Source of the DNA: Conidiobolus incongruus B7586
Lineage: Eukaryota
Length of the DNA: 62,848 nt
Direction of reading: 5' to 3'
Assembly (NCBI GenBank): GCA_000697335.1
Contig: JNEM01010510.1
Location: 1 to 62,848 of the forward strand
Part shown: one piece after another, positions 12,497 to 26,786 of the stretch
How the letters are laid out: each line of letters opens with the position of its first letter
How positions within the stretch are numbered: position 1 is the stretch's first letter
Translations under genes and position numbers: made by a program
Notes under the pieces: generated by a model
What the model saw: only the letters and a program-made list of their open reading frames with translations
Told to the model about the DNA's origin: nothing
Databases searched by the model: none

Positions 12497-14398
12497 TATC
12501 ATAGAAATATATGATTATTTTTTATGTATATCATATAAAATAAATAAGTTTGATCAATTAAAAACTCGTTAATAAATTTGTTGATATTATGGTAACTTAT
12601 AATGCTTTATTACAATAAATACAATCCTAATAAGATTGACTATATAACTAAGTCTCAAAATTTTTATTTTAACGTCTAATGTCATCAAATTAATATATAG
12701 CTTCAATTTATAGTTAATCATTTAATATTGTTAATTATTATTTTAATATTCTCTTTTCATCATTTATCAACTTTAAATTAATTTTAATTATTAATTATAA
12801 ATATATTATTGAAGAGAACGATTAAAAGTTGAATCGTAACTATTCAATAATCTTTATCCCAACTCTTATATTCAATGTAAATATTATTTAAATATTGTCT
12901 CATTATTGGTAAAGCTCATTTTATGAGTTTATTAAAAGTATTCTCTACAATATAACGATTATCAATATACCTTGTATCCATTGGAGTGTCTAAAATACAA
13001 AGCAAGAAAAGCTTTAAAGAAAAAAAAATTATATATTATAAATAAACTTCATCATATAAATAATTATATATTAATTATTCCTTATTTTATATCAACAGAA
13101 ATGTAGAGTGCTGGTACGAAAGTACTAAGAGAGAAAATAGCAATATTTGAGAATTATTTTATTATTCTTTTTATATATTAATAATTAATGAAATGATTTA
13201 AGTATTTGACTTTTTATTGAAGATAAATCCTATGAAATGTAATTTGGTATTGTTGTTATTAGCTGTAAGAGTCCAGGAATTTATTTAGTAACAATTCATT
13301 ATAAAAACATGAGGCCAAATATACTATAAATATTTAAATGATATATTAGTTAAAATTATTTCTGGACAAAAAAAACTGAGTATATGTTTTATCTGGTTTA
13401 ATAATGCATCAAAATTGAGGAATAATCCATATAATCCTGAGTAATATAATATGAGAATTAAAAAAGATGTTATAATATAATTGAAATTTCATTATTAATT
13501 TTCAACATGCTTAGTATATTATTAAATAAAGTTGATTGATACCAATTGTATACACCTATTGAAAGATAAAATATTTTTGAAATTTGTTATGGTAAATAAA
13601 TAAATTAATAATTAAGAACATAATTGATATTGTCAAATAAAATAGTATGAACTAATGTTTTAACTCGAATATATATCTAACAATAATTAGTATTTGATGA
13701 ATTTTTGTTATTAGGAATATAAGAAATAGTTAATGATTTCGATTGATCATATGAAAATATTTAACCAGTTACTATTAGTGTTAAATAGATGCTACTGAGT
13801 TTCCAAACAATTCTTTCAAAAAATTGTTGATTAATGTGACATCATTTTGAAATAAATCATCTCATCGAATTGGTGAAAAATGAAAAATATTAATGTTTTA
13901 ATAAAAAATATTATCATCAAAATTAATTCACATAATTTACCCTTTGTTTTCAAAAATAAATAAAAAATTTGTTGACATAATAATATGGAATCTGTGTAAT
14001 GATTTAATAATTTGACCCATAAGCAAATTAATTAAATTTAATGAAGTTAAATTTGTATAAATACTTCCGTTCATCAAGTTGACTTAGATTTTAATCACAC
14101 ATTCCAGTTACCTTAATCAATCATCATTGATAATTCTATTTTTCCCAATATTATCTAAATTTTAATATTTAAATATTGTGCTATTTATTCAATTATAATT
14201 TAAGTATATTCATCTCATATCGTAATTATTTTTGTAAACTGTATTTTTTAATTTGTTGGTTTTTTTATTGAGGATAGGATTTACTTGGTTTTATAGGTAA
14301 ATATTATTACTTGGATTTTAAAATTTTCGTTTATAGTTATTATTTTTAGTCCTGATTTCCTCTTTAATAATTAAACCAATTTATACCGTTTTAAGGTT

Positions 14399-17300
14399 AT
14401 GATTAGTAAAGAGTAATAGCTTATAAATTAAATACTTTATATTTTATTTACATATATAAAATAGAATCCTCCTCCAAAGGCTAACCCTTTTACGAGAGGA
14501 ATTGGACCAGGTGATGGAATTCGTTAATAACCCGGAATGCCTTTTAATAGACGATGAAGAAATCAATTCTGAAATTGATTCGATTCAGCTTAATTTTAGA
14601 GTAATTCATTATTATAGTATATATATATATATTATCACACTAATTAACAAATATTTTATTAGAAATGCAAAAAAATAAAGCTCGGAAAACATAGAGAAAT
14701 GCCTGTTCAGGTAACTATATACAGAGTATATAAGTTGAGCTGACAAATTAATATATCATATAGTCAGAGGAACCAATTAATGCTCTACCACATATTCCTC
14801 CTAGAGTGATATCTGATTATCCTCATGACTTCAATGATAGCTTACATCACAATTCTACATCGTCACCTTATCCAACTGTTCATTCTATGCTAGAAACAAA
14901 ACTTCAAAAATTAAAGAATAAATGCAAGAAAAAATCCCTGCATCACTCCAAAGATCCCAAATCGAGATTATCTAAAGGTTCAGAAAACATATTTGATTTG
15001 GAAAAATCAGCTAGTTTTAAGCCAAAGATATCTTTACAGGATGCCAATACCATTCATTCAAAAATTTCTCAGCTTCGAACCTCAGGAAATTGGTCATTGG
15101 GACAAAAGAATCCATTTTTCGATCCACCACGTCCCAAAACTCATTGGAATTATTTGCTTGATGAAATGGAATTAATGTACGTAGATTTTACAGAAGAAAA
15201 AAAGTGGAAAAAAGTAGTGGCAATGATATTGGCACATGAAGCAAAGAAATGGCATGGGATTGAAGATAAATCCACTATTTGCATTGTTCCTGGCCGTAAA
15301 AAATCCCAAAATCGTCCATTTTCCATTTCTAACCATTTTGCTCCCCTAAGCTATCAAGACCATTATTACATGTCATTATATGAACATGATATATTTGATT
15401 ACAGTGATATACCTATCAATAGCGGTGAAAATATATCTTCTATGAATGTAAGCGTTAAGGCTGAGCCAAATGATCTATTAGATTCTTTCAACTCGAATTC
15501 GCAACAATCTCAATCAACTATCACTACGAGCGTTCTTCCAACTGAAAGTATACCTAATCAAGGATCTATTAATCCTGCATCGATTGCACCACCTATTGCT
15601 ATTAAGCCAACTAGAGAAGAGAAGATAAATAATATTGACCTACCATTGTACGCATTTAATCCAAATCCAGGAAATGATCTATATATGAATCCTATTCACA
15701 CCGATTATCTTTTTCCTGCCAATCCTTCTTTTATTCGCTACCCATTGCAAGAGGAACCGATAGGATTTGATGGTTTACTTTCATCCTCTGATTCCGAAGA
15801 TAATCGTAAAGAGGTATCTCCTCCAGCTTCACCACTCACACATCCTTTTATGTCGTCAACAAGCATCCCAGACTTGGAAGAATCATCTACATCAACTCAC
15901 ATTGATGCAAAATCCAAAATTTCACTTCCTGCCAAACGAGGATGGGATTCCAGTTTGGATTCTCTCTTGTTGAAACTGGTGAGCATATTTTCATCTAACT
16001 GGAATTTGATTGCTGAAACAATTAACAGTCGGGTTTCTCGTCATTTATCAAAAACTCCTGCGGAGTGTTCTAGTCGATTTGGAATTTTATCTCAGATAGC
16101 ATTACCATCACATACAAAAGATATTTATAGGGGCAATTTGTTAAAATCCGATATCTATCAAAGATCGAATGCATTAGATACTAATCCAGATAAGAGAGAC
16201 AGCAATTTTATCGAATTGATTAAAAAATATGGATTACGAAGCAATAAAGTTAAGGTGGAGTCACAGTCAACCAAAAATGGAACTCTCCATGAAACTCATG
16301 AGACGCTTGAGAAAAACTCAAGCTTATCAAATCCTATGGAAATGTCTATAAGAAAATCAGACATCGATCGTCAACTTAAAGCTGCTCAGCAACAATTCCA
16401 GCGTTCATCCAATCCAATTGTCCAAGCTCAGTTTTTCTCACAAATTCCCACTGTTCAACAACCTGCTGCTAATGGCGCTGATCAAGCCACTGGTAACCCC
16501 ACTCAGCAAATTCCTATACGTGTTCAACCAAATATGGCCGCTGGCTCTTATGTTCGTCCTGTTCCTCATCTGGGTATCAACCATGGAAGACCTCTTGTTC
16601 TACCCCCTCGATCCGTCCCAGCCAATTGGCCCAATCAGCCGCCAGCGAATTTACCCAATCCTACATTAAATGTCAATGCTAATCCTACTGTTAACTCTAA
16701 TCCAAATCCAAATCCTGTACAAAATCCACCTCAGAACCCAGCCACAAATCCCGTACAAAACCCAGCTGCTAATCCCAATGTTGCTCAACAGCCACAGGCA
16801 ATGAACGTTCCCAATAACACAATTCCAATAAATCCCTATCCTAATGCAGCAGGATTGGCCAGAATTCCCATGCAAAGTCAATTTACCCCAGATCAGCTTC
16901 AATACATGATTAGTAATAATATGATGCCAGGAATCAGACCTGGAATGAATATTACTCCTGCTCATCTTGCAGCCTATATGAGCCAATTTGGAAGAATTAA
17001 TAATCCATTGATGAATACGATGGGTCAGCAGAATCCTGCGGTCAATACTCCCAATCTTGCCCAAAATGGTAATCCTTCAACACCTCAACAAGGACGTCCT
17101 GCAATGGCCCAGCAGATCAATCCTCAAGCCATTCAACTTTGGAGATTATTTATTTCGGGTCGCTTACCTAACCCAACGCCCACTCAAATGACTATTATCC
17201 AACAAATCCAGCTTATTAGTCAGAGGCGCCTTCAAAACGAGATCCAAGCTTTATCATTACAAGGAATGCGTCCCAATATGTCTAGAGCCACACCCGAAGT

Positions 17301-17484
17301 GAAAGTACCTATGGATCGAGCCAATTTGTCTAATATATCTATGCAGAATAATGGTGAAGTCAAACCAAATGTAAACACTGCTAATCCTGGTATCGTTCCA
17401 ATGAATAATTTACAGAATAACCAAAATGTCACACCTATGAATAATAATGGTACTCCTAATATAAATGTAAATATGCCTAATTAA
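14399..17484 (+). CDS. EAF1: NuA4 scaffold Eaf1/Vid21-like protein (HSA and SANT/Myb domains, Q/N/P-rich tail); three short 5' introns
   Basis: HSA motif PPRPKTHWNYLLDEMELMYVDFTEEKKWK; SANT WDSSLDSLLLKLV...NWNLIAETIN...KTPAECSSRF; exons starting 14399, 14465, 14663 and 14764 join in frame. Confidence 0.85.
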
Positions 17485-18450
17485 TTTTTCGTTTTAATTT
17501 ATTAATCTTTTTTTAAATTTTAGCAGCAGTAATACCTATTCATTAGGCATACGATGTATGTTTCGTTTGCCAGTGAGTATTGGGAATTTGTAAAAATTAT
17601 ATAATAGCAAATCTTGAATTTAATGTAATGGCTGAACTATTGAAGTGTGCTTAATACACACTTAATAGCATAAATGATGCTTAAACCTGGTAATTTGTTC
17701 AGACTTGTAATGACCAAATTATAAATAATATTTTTTGCAAATATTGAAATCATATAAAGTGAATATTATTTTATCTAATTATCAATATAAGCAATAAATT
17801 GAGAATCTATATTGAATTAGGAGCTAATTCAAATAAATCATTGTATAGCTTTATCATATTCATCTAACATCTTTATTATAATTCCTAGAATTTTTAGTTT
17901 AATAAATGACCAACTCGAATCATCGTGTTTTGTTTAACAGATATATGGATATACTATGACCTAACTCCCCAATATCTAAATCTTGATTTTTCAGATTCAT
18001 TTTGAAAAATTTATTTGAATACTAATTTGATATATTTACTCTGTCTAATATCAATTATTTTTATATGAAGTTCAATTGATTATTACAATTTTAATTAAAT
18101 TTTATATTCAATACCAAAATTACAATCAATTAAATTATATTATTATTGAATAAAATGGAGCAGGAAAAATTTGAAAAATAGACCAAAACAAGATAGATAT
18201 TATTATAAGTTATATCAAATCATTTTTAATTATATAAGTGCATATCAATTATCTAAATAAATCTTGGCTTATTTTTTAAATCAAATAATAGATATCAATT
18301 CAAGAATTAAATAATTTTATCTTGCTCAGTTTTCAATTATGAATCATGATATCAAATGACAAATTAAGTTGCAAAATATATAATAAATAATAGATTACAA
18401 ATTTAATCCGGTATATTGATATTAGTTAAATTCAATATAATCATTTATTA

Positions 18451-19732
18451 TTAATAGGTTTCGTCATTAAAAATAGACAAATTTTCATTAAATTGTACCC
18501 AATCCTCAAAGATATTATTTAAATTCTTGTATAATTGACTTAAATTGGGATGATGAACCTTAATGGTTAATTTTTCTAAGATATCAATGGGTTGATTTTG
18601 ATAATAGCTATAACAAAATTTTATAGTTAATAAATATTAAGTTAAATCCTACAGCTGATTTACCTATGTTCTTTAGTGGATGGTGTGTTGGATCGTTTTA
18701 GAGTGTTTGCTAAAGAAAATCCGGAGGAGCTACTAGAGTCTGAAATAAGTTTATAATGAATTAATTCAATGATAATTTCGCCATCGATCATATAATATTG
18801 AATAATCAAATCATTAGGTAATTCTGGGGTAATAATCTATATATTAGAGAAAATAATTTAATATAATGTATGGTTCATATATAAAACGAAATACCTTTGG
18901 ATCACAGTAAAATTCAGGGAATAAAAATTGATTACTAGGAGATTTGAATTGGTTTAAAATTTGTTTTAATTTATTAATGACACCATCTACAAACTAAATA
19001 TGAAGAATTACTAACAATATATGAATATAAATAAATTAAATTACGTTAGTAGTATCATACAAGGTATTTAAATTGGTATTAAATTCTATTGTGTCTAATA
19101 ATTTTAGAATATGAATTTCAATCAAATTAAGCTAAATAGTAAGATTAATATATATTGGATTAAGTAATTAAAGATGTATTACTTGCTGTAACCTATATTT
19201 TATTCCTTTTGTTAAAAATATCTGGAATAAATGTTTTCTATTGAAAATATTCATTTGAGCTATTAAATCCTAAAGTATTATTTAGATATAAAATATATTG
19301 ACATATCAATAATTTTTACCATTTGCTCAATATTAGAAGAAGAAACGGTAATATTTCCTTTAACATTAGAATTTCTAAAAAAGAACAATTGTATGAATAA
19401 TAAATAAATTATTTACAAAATATAAATTACTCTTCCATTTCGAAATTTAATTTAATTTGTTGAGGAGGAGGTAAACCACCTAAAAATTGGTTATATATAT
19501 AAGCAAAACAATAACGTCATTTAAATGTATACTCTTTCTCAATATTCCATGATTAAATGGTGTATTTAATTCTTTATTTAATTTTTTAACTAATTGAGGC
19601 AATTGAAATTGAATCATGTGTTCCAATTCTATATTCTATGGATTAAAGTTAAAATATAAATAGTAAATAATAATATAATATTTAAAATTGTACCATTTGA
19701 TTGATTTCTTTTTCAATTAAAGATGCCACCAT
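18451..19732 (-). CDS. RAV2: RAVE complex subunit Rav2 / Rogdi family protein (about 9 exons; absent from ORF track)
   Basis: Manual splice gives MVASLIEKEINQM-NIELEHMIQFQLPQL...VKGNITVSSSNIEQMDL...KYRLQQL...FPEFYCDPK-IITPELPNDLIIQYYM..., matching the Rogdi pattern (KG.lT, LQQ, F.P.LP.DL); introns GT-AG and in phase. Confidence 0.75.
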
Positions 19733-20059
19733 GATGCTGATAAGATTTATAAACTATGGATATTTTTAACAATTGAATTTTTCTATAGATATATTCATAT
19801 TTGTTTGCTTGACTGTGAAATATAATTTCAATTGAAATATCATTAAAAATAAAATTATGGGAAATTAAGTAATATACAAGTTAAATAATTTAGATTGAAT
19901 AGAACTTTAAAGTATATATTTATTTCTATGTTGTAATAAATTCAATATGATATAGCCAAGCTTTTTATCATTCAAGGTGAAATTTTCTAAAAATTTGAAT
20001 TTGAATTATTGATATATTCACTTAAAAATGTTTATTCAGTTGGAAGTTTTCTCATACTG

Positions 20060-20062
<3 letters not shown>

Positions 20063-20093
<31 letters not shown>
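20063..20093. repeat. (AT)n microsatellite in the divergent Rav2/UTP4 intergenic region
   Basis: About 15 AT units; a second run at 20425-20447. Confidence 0.9.
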
Positions 20094-20094
<1 letters not shown>

Positions 20095-20489
20095 TTAAAA
20101 TGTTGCTGAATAATAGGTGAAATTATGAATTCTATTAATTGATATATAATCTTAGTATTAATTTAAATAATTTTTGGTTGTTATATAAAATGTAGGGTAT
20201 ATTTATTTTTACCAAAATGACAGTGTTTTCGAATTTTTGAAGTAGAAAAAATTTAGGGATTACTGGTCCCATAATAGTAAGAAATATAAAAAATTGATAA
20301 ATACAAAATTCACATTTTGATCAAAATCATTATATATAATTTTTAATAGATAGAAAAAATATAGACCATTATACAAAAATAGTTTCAAATTATTAGTATA
20401 ATTTTATTCGCTCTTATATCTTTCTATATATATATATATATATATATTTCAATTTGCGTTTTCTATCTATAAATTTTTGAAATAGAATA

Positions 20490-23013
20490 ATGAGTTTAAA
20501 AGTACATAGGGCGAGATTTATTGATACGCAGTTGCCAGCTATTACCTCTTTAGCTATTACGCCCGAGTCTTATAAAGATAATCGTTGGTTAGCTGTTGGT
20601 AGAGAAACCGGTATTATTGAGATTTATTCCATTGAAGAAGGAACTGGTGCTTTAAGAAAAGAAAAAGTAAAATACAATCAATATCTTGCTAAACAGCCAT
20701 ACTAATATATTTTATTAATTGTAGCATATTCCAGGTGTTAAGGGAGGTTCTGTTCGTTGTTTAAAATGGTATTATCCAGAGAATGCTAATCAAAAATCAG
20801 AACAACAATTACCAAGATTATTTTCAGCTGGTTTAAACGGATACATCATGGAATGGGATTTGATTAATTTGATTCCAAAATCATGTTTACGTAGCCAAGG
20901 TGGCCCAGTTTGGGACATTTCTATTAATCCTAGAAAGAATCTAATAGCTCTCGCTTGTTACGATTCTTCTGTCAAATTATTTGAAATTACTGAAGTTGGT
21001 TTTGAATTTTTGAAGAGTTTCACTGTTGAAAATGGTAATAAGATCTACTTTACTTTTAGTTTACCTTTCCTTAATATACATTTTTAGCCATGGTTCTTTC
21101 TGTTGATTGGTCCTATGATAGCGCTTATATCGCATGTGGTACTTCTAAAAGTAAAACCCTTATATTAGATTCTGCATCAGGTTTGTTCTTTATTATCATG
21201 ATACTTTTCGTCAACTAATTTCAATCAACAAGGTCGTACCGTTAGCACTATTAAAGTTAGACAGGGAGATAAAACTAGTACTGTCGTATGGAAAGTTAGA
21301 TTTTTACCTGATGGAACTTTGGTTTCTGGTGACTCTTTAGGTTATGTTAACTTTTACGATAGTTTAATGATGACTGAATTATACACATTTTCCAGACATG
21401 AAGCCGATGTTTTAGCACTTGATATCTCTCCTGATGGATCTAGTGTGTTCTCAGCCGGTGTAGATACTTGGGTTGGTCACTATGCCTCAGGAACTGATAT
21501 TAGAGGTATTGCCCATGGTTTTACTTTGAAAGGATTCCAACGCTATCATTCTCATGATATCAATGCTATTTGCTATGATCCTGTATCTAAACAATTATTC
21601 ACTGGTGGTAATGACATTAGGGTAAATCGTGTGCCTGTTGAAATGCTTGGTCATGATGCTCATGCCACTCGTACCGAAACTTTCGACACTTTCAAACACA
21701 TCCATTTAGTTCCTGAACAACGTTTTATTGCTTGTAGATATCCTAACAAATTTCAGATCTGGGAACTTGGAGAAGCCTTGATTCATCCTTCAACTGATAC
21801 ACTCAAACTTACTCCTGCTACTGCATTAGATCTGGTTCAAAACTTCTCTCCTGTCTTAGAAATTCATCCTGCTTCTAATCTTTCCTTTTTATCATCAGCT
21901 ATTAGTCCTTGTGGTTCATGGTTAGCTTTATCTGATGTTGCTAGTTTGCGTCTTTATTATACCAACTGGCAGAAGCCAAGTCATTTCAAGCCTTTTGCTT
22001 CCTCTAAGAGAACTAAATATTCTCAAACTCAGTTAGATAAGTTAGTTCTTGATCAAATTGCACATAAATGTTATAAAAAAGACAAGCCTCAGTTCTTAAT
22101 TCAAAAAGTTCTGGAATTATCTCCCAAGCAATTGAAAAAGCATGGAATTACATCCGGATTCGGTGCCAAATTTATCAAATTTTTGCCTAATCTTGATAGA
22201 ATTTTAATTGTGACCACTGGATCTCAGTTGATCTCATTTGATATCTCATCATGCATCAATGATATTTCTAAACCTGATGGCGAACAAGTTATTAACGATT
22301 TCCAATCTTTAAATATCCTGACTTCTGAATTGAATTCTACTGTTTGTATTACCAATCTTGAAATCAATGGAGATGGAACTTTGGCTGCTGTGTCTACTTC
22401 CGCTAACTCTGTATATTTAATCGATCTTATTACTTTTAGCCAGAAGTTAACTCTACCCACTTTCAAAACGCATCCTGAGCATATTTCATTCCGTCCCAAT
22501 CACTCTGAAATTGTGATTGTTGAAAGGGATCATACTATTTGGGTCTACAATACTGAGAATGCAACTCCCACTGAATGGTCTCAGAAGAATACTACTCAAC
22601 TTCCAAAATCATATCTCGAGTTAGAACCCAAAGCTTCTGGTATTGAATTCAATCCCAATAATGCCAATGATCTCTTAATCTGGGGACCACAATATCTCAT
22701 CAAAGTCCGATTAGATTTACCTGTTGAGCCCAATTCCAGAAACAACCATGAACTTAACTTTTTACGCCGTTTGGATCAAGCTTTAAGTCACGAAAAGAAA
22801 TTGAAAGAAGAAGAAACGGGAGTATTTTTAGGTAAGCGTCGTCTCAACTTAGCCGATAAAGGGAAATGGAATTTCAGAGGAGTTTTCTCTTATAAGCATA
22901 TTGCCCAAGTTGGTTATTTAACAGATGGAGAGCTTGTTATTGTTGAAAGACCTTTCTTTGACGCTTTCGCTAACTTACCTCCTGCTCTTGAAAGAAAAGG
23001 TTATGCTGCTTAA
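20490..23013 (+). CDS. UTP4: U3 snoRNA-associated protein 4 (WD40; SSU processome), 4 exons
   Basis: MSLKVHRARF...AITSLA...LAVGRETG.IEI, RLFSAGLNG.I.EWDL, VSGDSLG, HEADVLAL, HSHDI; C-terminal ELVIVERP...LPPAL.RK.Y. Confidence 0.92.
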
Positions 23014-23287
23014 TAGACCTAATAATACACCAATTTAGATTTTAAAATAATATAAATTCATATCCTACATTTTATAATTTCTTTAGATTTTATTCCCTTT
23101 ATTTTTTCTTCATTTTTACGTTTTAATTTCGACCAATCAAAATTCTGATAAATATTAATAGTATCCAATGAAAATTTGTCATTCAATTAACTATTTTATT
23201 TTTATCAAACAGAATGACGAAATCAAAATTTTTTTATTATCACCTCTTAAAAATCTTTTTTATTTATTATATATAACAAAATAGTGA

Positions 23288-24193
23288 ATGGGAAATCCGA
23301 TCATGATCCCTAATAATATTCAAGAATTATTTAATCAAAAAAATGCTATTGAAGCTGAAATTATTGAGTATGAACAAGTTTTAATTAAAGTAATATTATT
23401 TTAATAATGCATATTAAACCGTTTAACAATATATTCTAGAATAAAATTGGACTTGATGAACCTCTTGTAGATAGAGAAGGTTTTCCAAGATCCGATATTG
23501 ATATCCCTTCTGTAAGAAGTGCTAGAATTAAAATTATAAGTAATTTAAATTTATTTTTTGATGATTGAAGAATACTAATGGACATCAGGGTTACAAAATG
23601 ATTTGAAGGGAGTTATGAAAGAAATTGAATTAGCTTTACATGAATTTCACTCCAGTAAAAAACAAAATTTAGGTTCAAGGTATATAATTATATAATTTAG
23701 ATTAGTACTAAAATATTGATATGTATTTATTATTTAGTAGATCTCCTTTTGCTCAAGTTAATATGATTCAAATTGATTCACCCGCGTATCAAGCTGTAAA
23801 ACATTTAAACATCAACTATATTATTTTACTAATATAATTCATATTTTTATAGGGACTTAAGCAAGGAGATAAAATAGTTCAAATTGGTGAAATTCATAGT
23901 GGAATAGAAGAACCATTGAAAAAACTCACAGAGTTAGTTCAAAATTCTGAAAATGTAAATATTAAACAAGTTATTTGTATATTAAAAAGATTAATTAATT
24001 CTTTAATAGAAAACTATTTCTTTGGAAGTTTTACGTAAAGACGAAATGATTAAGTTAGAATTAACGCCTACTTACGATTGGGATCAAGATCCTGATTTAC
24101 CAAAGAGTTTGATTGGGTAATTATCGTCATTTATTTGAATTTTTACTTCATATACTAATTATTTTATATAGATGTCGTATACAACCATTATAA
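23288..24193 (+). CDS. NAS2: 26S proteasome assembly chaperone Nas2/p27 (PSMD9), about 7 exons
   Basis: Spliced product has EPLVDREGFPRSDIDIPSVRSAR...LQND...ALH, PDZ PFAQVN...DSPAYQAGLKQGD and terminal IGCRIQPL*. Confidence 0.93.
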
Positions 24194-24640
24194 ATAAATA
24201 TAGTAATTTTCAATATTATTAAGGATTCGTATATATTTTATACTATTTTGATTCAATTTAGAATTCAATGTATCTCAATGTTAAAATTATGACATTACAT
24301 TCTATAAGGAGAGCTTCAATTTGCTAACTGACATTGAAAATTATAATTGCTATTTTAATAAAGATAGATTAATAATTTAAAAATATTCAAATGCAAATCA
24401 TATTAAAAATTATAACATATGATAAGCAATAGATATTGGGAAATAAGTAAATTAGAATAATTGTTAAATATAAATTAAAAGATTGAGGAATAAGAAGAAT
24501 AAAATATAAGAAACACAAGCTTGAATTAGAGAATGTTGATAGAAAAAACTAAAAATATGAAAAAGTGTAGAGTAGAAATTGAAAAGTGAATTTTGTGTAA
24601 AAGTACCAATTATTATAATATCGGTAAAGTTTAATTTTAA

Positions 24641-24712
24641 GCTCCGCTGGTGTAATGGTTAGCACTCAGGACTTTGAATCCTGCGATCTGAGTTCGATTC
24701 TCAGGCAGAGCT
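24641..24712 (+). tRNA. tRNA-Gln (anticodon TTG), intronless
   Basis: Cloverleaf: A box TGGTGTAATGG, anticodon arm CAGGA-CTTTGAA-TCCTG, T arm CTGAG-TTCGATT-CTCAG, acceptor GCTCCGC/GCAGAGC with one C-A mismatch; T-runs downstream. Confidence 0.93.
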
Positions 24713-25285
24713 TGTCATATTGGTTCAATAATTATTTTAATTTTCTTCAATTTTACACCTTATATTTGTAATTCTTATTTTAATTAATTACTAATTTTGT
24801 TCATCTTAGAATTATTATCTGTATATATTTTCATATTGTTGAAACAATAAATTATACGTAATCCGTGTTATAAATATTTAAAAAAAATAATTATATACCT
24901 CGACAATTAAATAATTACAATGTACTCTTATATTTAAATATTATTAAACCTATCAATTCAAAAAACAAGATAATTAACAGTGATTTCCGAATTAAAGGTG
25001 ATTAGAATATGATTCATGCCTTGAAAAAAATATAACTATTATATTTTTCCATTAATTGATCAAAAGTTGCCTCAATATCAAATATAACACACCATTTTGA
25101 ATGATCAATCTAATTTGTAGAACTTAAAAATCAATTGTTGAGCAAAAAATCACAAATTATGAATATTGTAGTTCATTGATCCCACAAATTTTAATTTAAT
25201 AAATGGAAAATGTAAAAATTTTAAATTGTTTGATTGTGTGAATTAATAATTCCCTTTAAAAAATCAGATTAATTATTAATTCAAT

Positions 25286-26233
25286 ATGGTATTCAATAAT
25301 CATTTTATCAATAATAATAAAATATTAATTTAATGAATTAGCCTCAAAACGAATATATTGAAGAACATATTAAGAGATACGGTCGTAGATTGGACCATGA
25401 CGAAAAAAAGTATTTCAATAATTTTTACTCAATTTTACAAATTTATTAACGCTTAATTTTTCAGACGTAAGAAGGAAGCCAGATCTGTTCATAAGAGATC
25501 TCAATTTGCTCAAAAGGTTCATGGTTTGAAGGCTAAACTTTATAATAAGAAACGTCATGCGGAAAAGATTCAAATGAAGAAAGCGTAATTATTTATTTAA
25601 TATTGTGAAAATTAATGCAATAATTAATATCAATCTTATAGCATCAAAATGCACGAAGAAAAATCCACCAAGCAAAAGATCGAAGAGGGAGTCCCTGAAG
25701 GAGCTGTTCCTGCTTATCTTTTGGATCGTGAAGGTGAACGTCGTGCTAAGGTTTTGAGTAACATGGTCAAAGAAAAGCGTAAGGAAAAGGCCGGAAAATG
25801 GAATGTTCCTCTCCCCAAGGTCAGAGGTATTGCCGAAGATGAAATGTTCAAGGTTGTTAAGACTGGTAAAAAGAATTCCAAGTCCTGGAAGCGTATGGTC
25901 ACCAAAGCCACCTTTGTTGGTGATGGTTTCACACGTAAGCCTCCCAAGTACGAACGTTTCATCCGTCCTATGGCTTTACGTTATAAGAAAGCCCATGTCA
26001 CGCACCCTGAACTTGGTGCTACTTTCCATCTCCCCATTATTGGTGTCAAGAAGAATCCTCAATCTCCTCTCTACACACAATTAGGTGTCATGACTAAGGG
26101 TACCGTTATTGAAGTCAACGTAAGTGAATTAGGTTTAGTTACCTCTGGTGGTAAAGTTGTATGGGGTAAATATGCCCAGATTACCAATAATCCCGAAAAT
26201 GATGGATGTATCAACGCCGTTCTCTTAGTATAA
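25286..26233 (+). CDS. NSA2: Ribosome biogenesis protein Nsa2; first coding exon is the ATG alone
   Basis: ATG|gtattc...tag|[41 protein letters not shown]-terminal [14 protein letters not shown]. Confidence 0.98.
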
Positions 26234-26786
26234 GCTGTACGTCATATTCCTGGAATTATTACTAACCTTTACTATACTACCGAATTTTCCACCATTGGAA
26301 GTTGTTTCATATTTGTTTACGAAGACTATAGATTTAAACTTGAACCTCACAATGATTATTAACCTCCACATATCAATCTGATAATTTATTAAAACATACG
26401 AGCTATTAATTATATTAACTTGATTTCAAATTCTATTCTATAATAGTTTATTCAAGTTGATTTAATGCTCCATATAGCTATTAAATATTATTTCAATTAA
26501 TTAAATATAAATGTATAACCAATATAAATTTTAACTCTTTTTTAGATACATTGTATTTTTTGATATTATTTAATATTTTTAAAGTTTTCATCTTATAATA
26601 TATGTTTTGATTCTGTTTTATACATTTAACTAGCAATATCATATATAATCAATTCTATAAAAATCATTTTATCACTATATTTTATTATTAACTGACTATT
26701 TAAATTGTAAATGATTTAAAATTTAACCATTAAAATTATTATTATTCTAATTTAATTTATCTGATCATTTGGTGAATGATTTTTAT

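Noticed and set aside
21035..21087. U12-type branch-like TTCCTTAAT in a UTP4 intron
   Set aside because: The donor is U2-type GTAATA, not GTATCC or ATATCC
20240..25215. RRPE-like AAAAATTT elements before UTP4 and NSA2
   Set aside because: Indistinguishable from background in such AT-rich DNA
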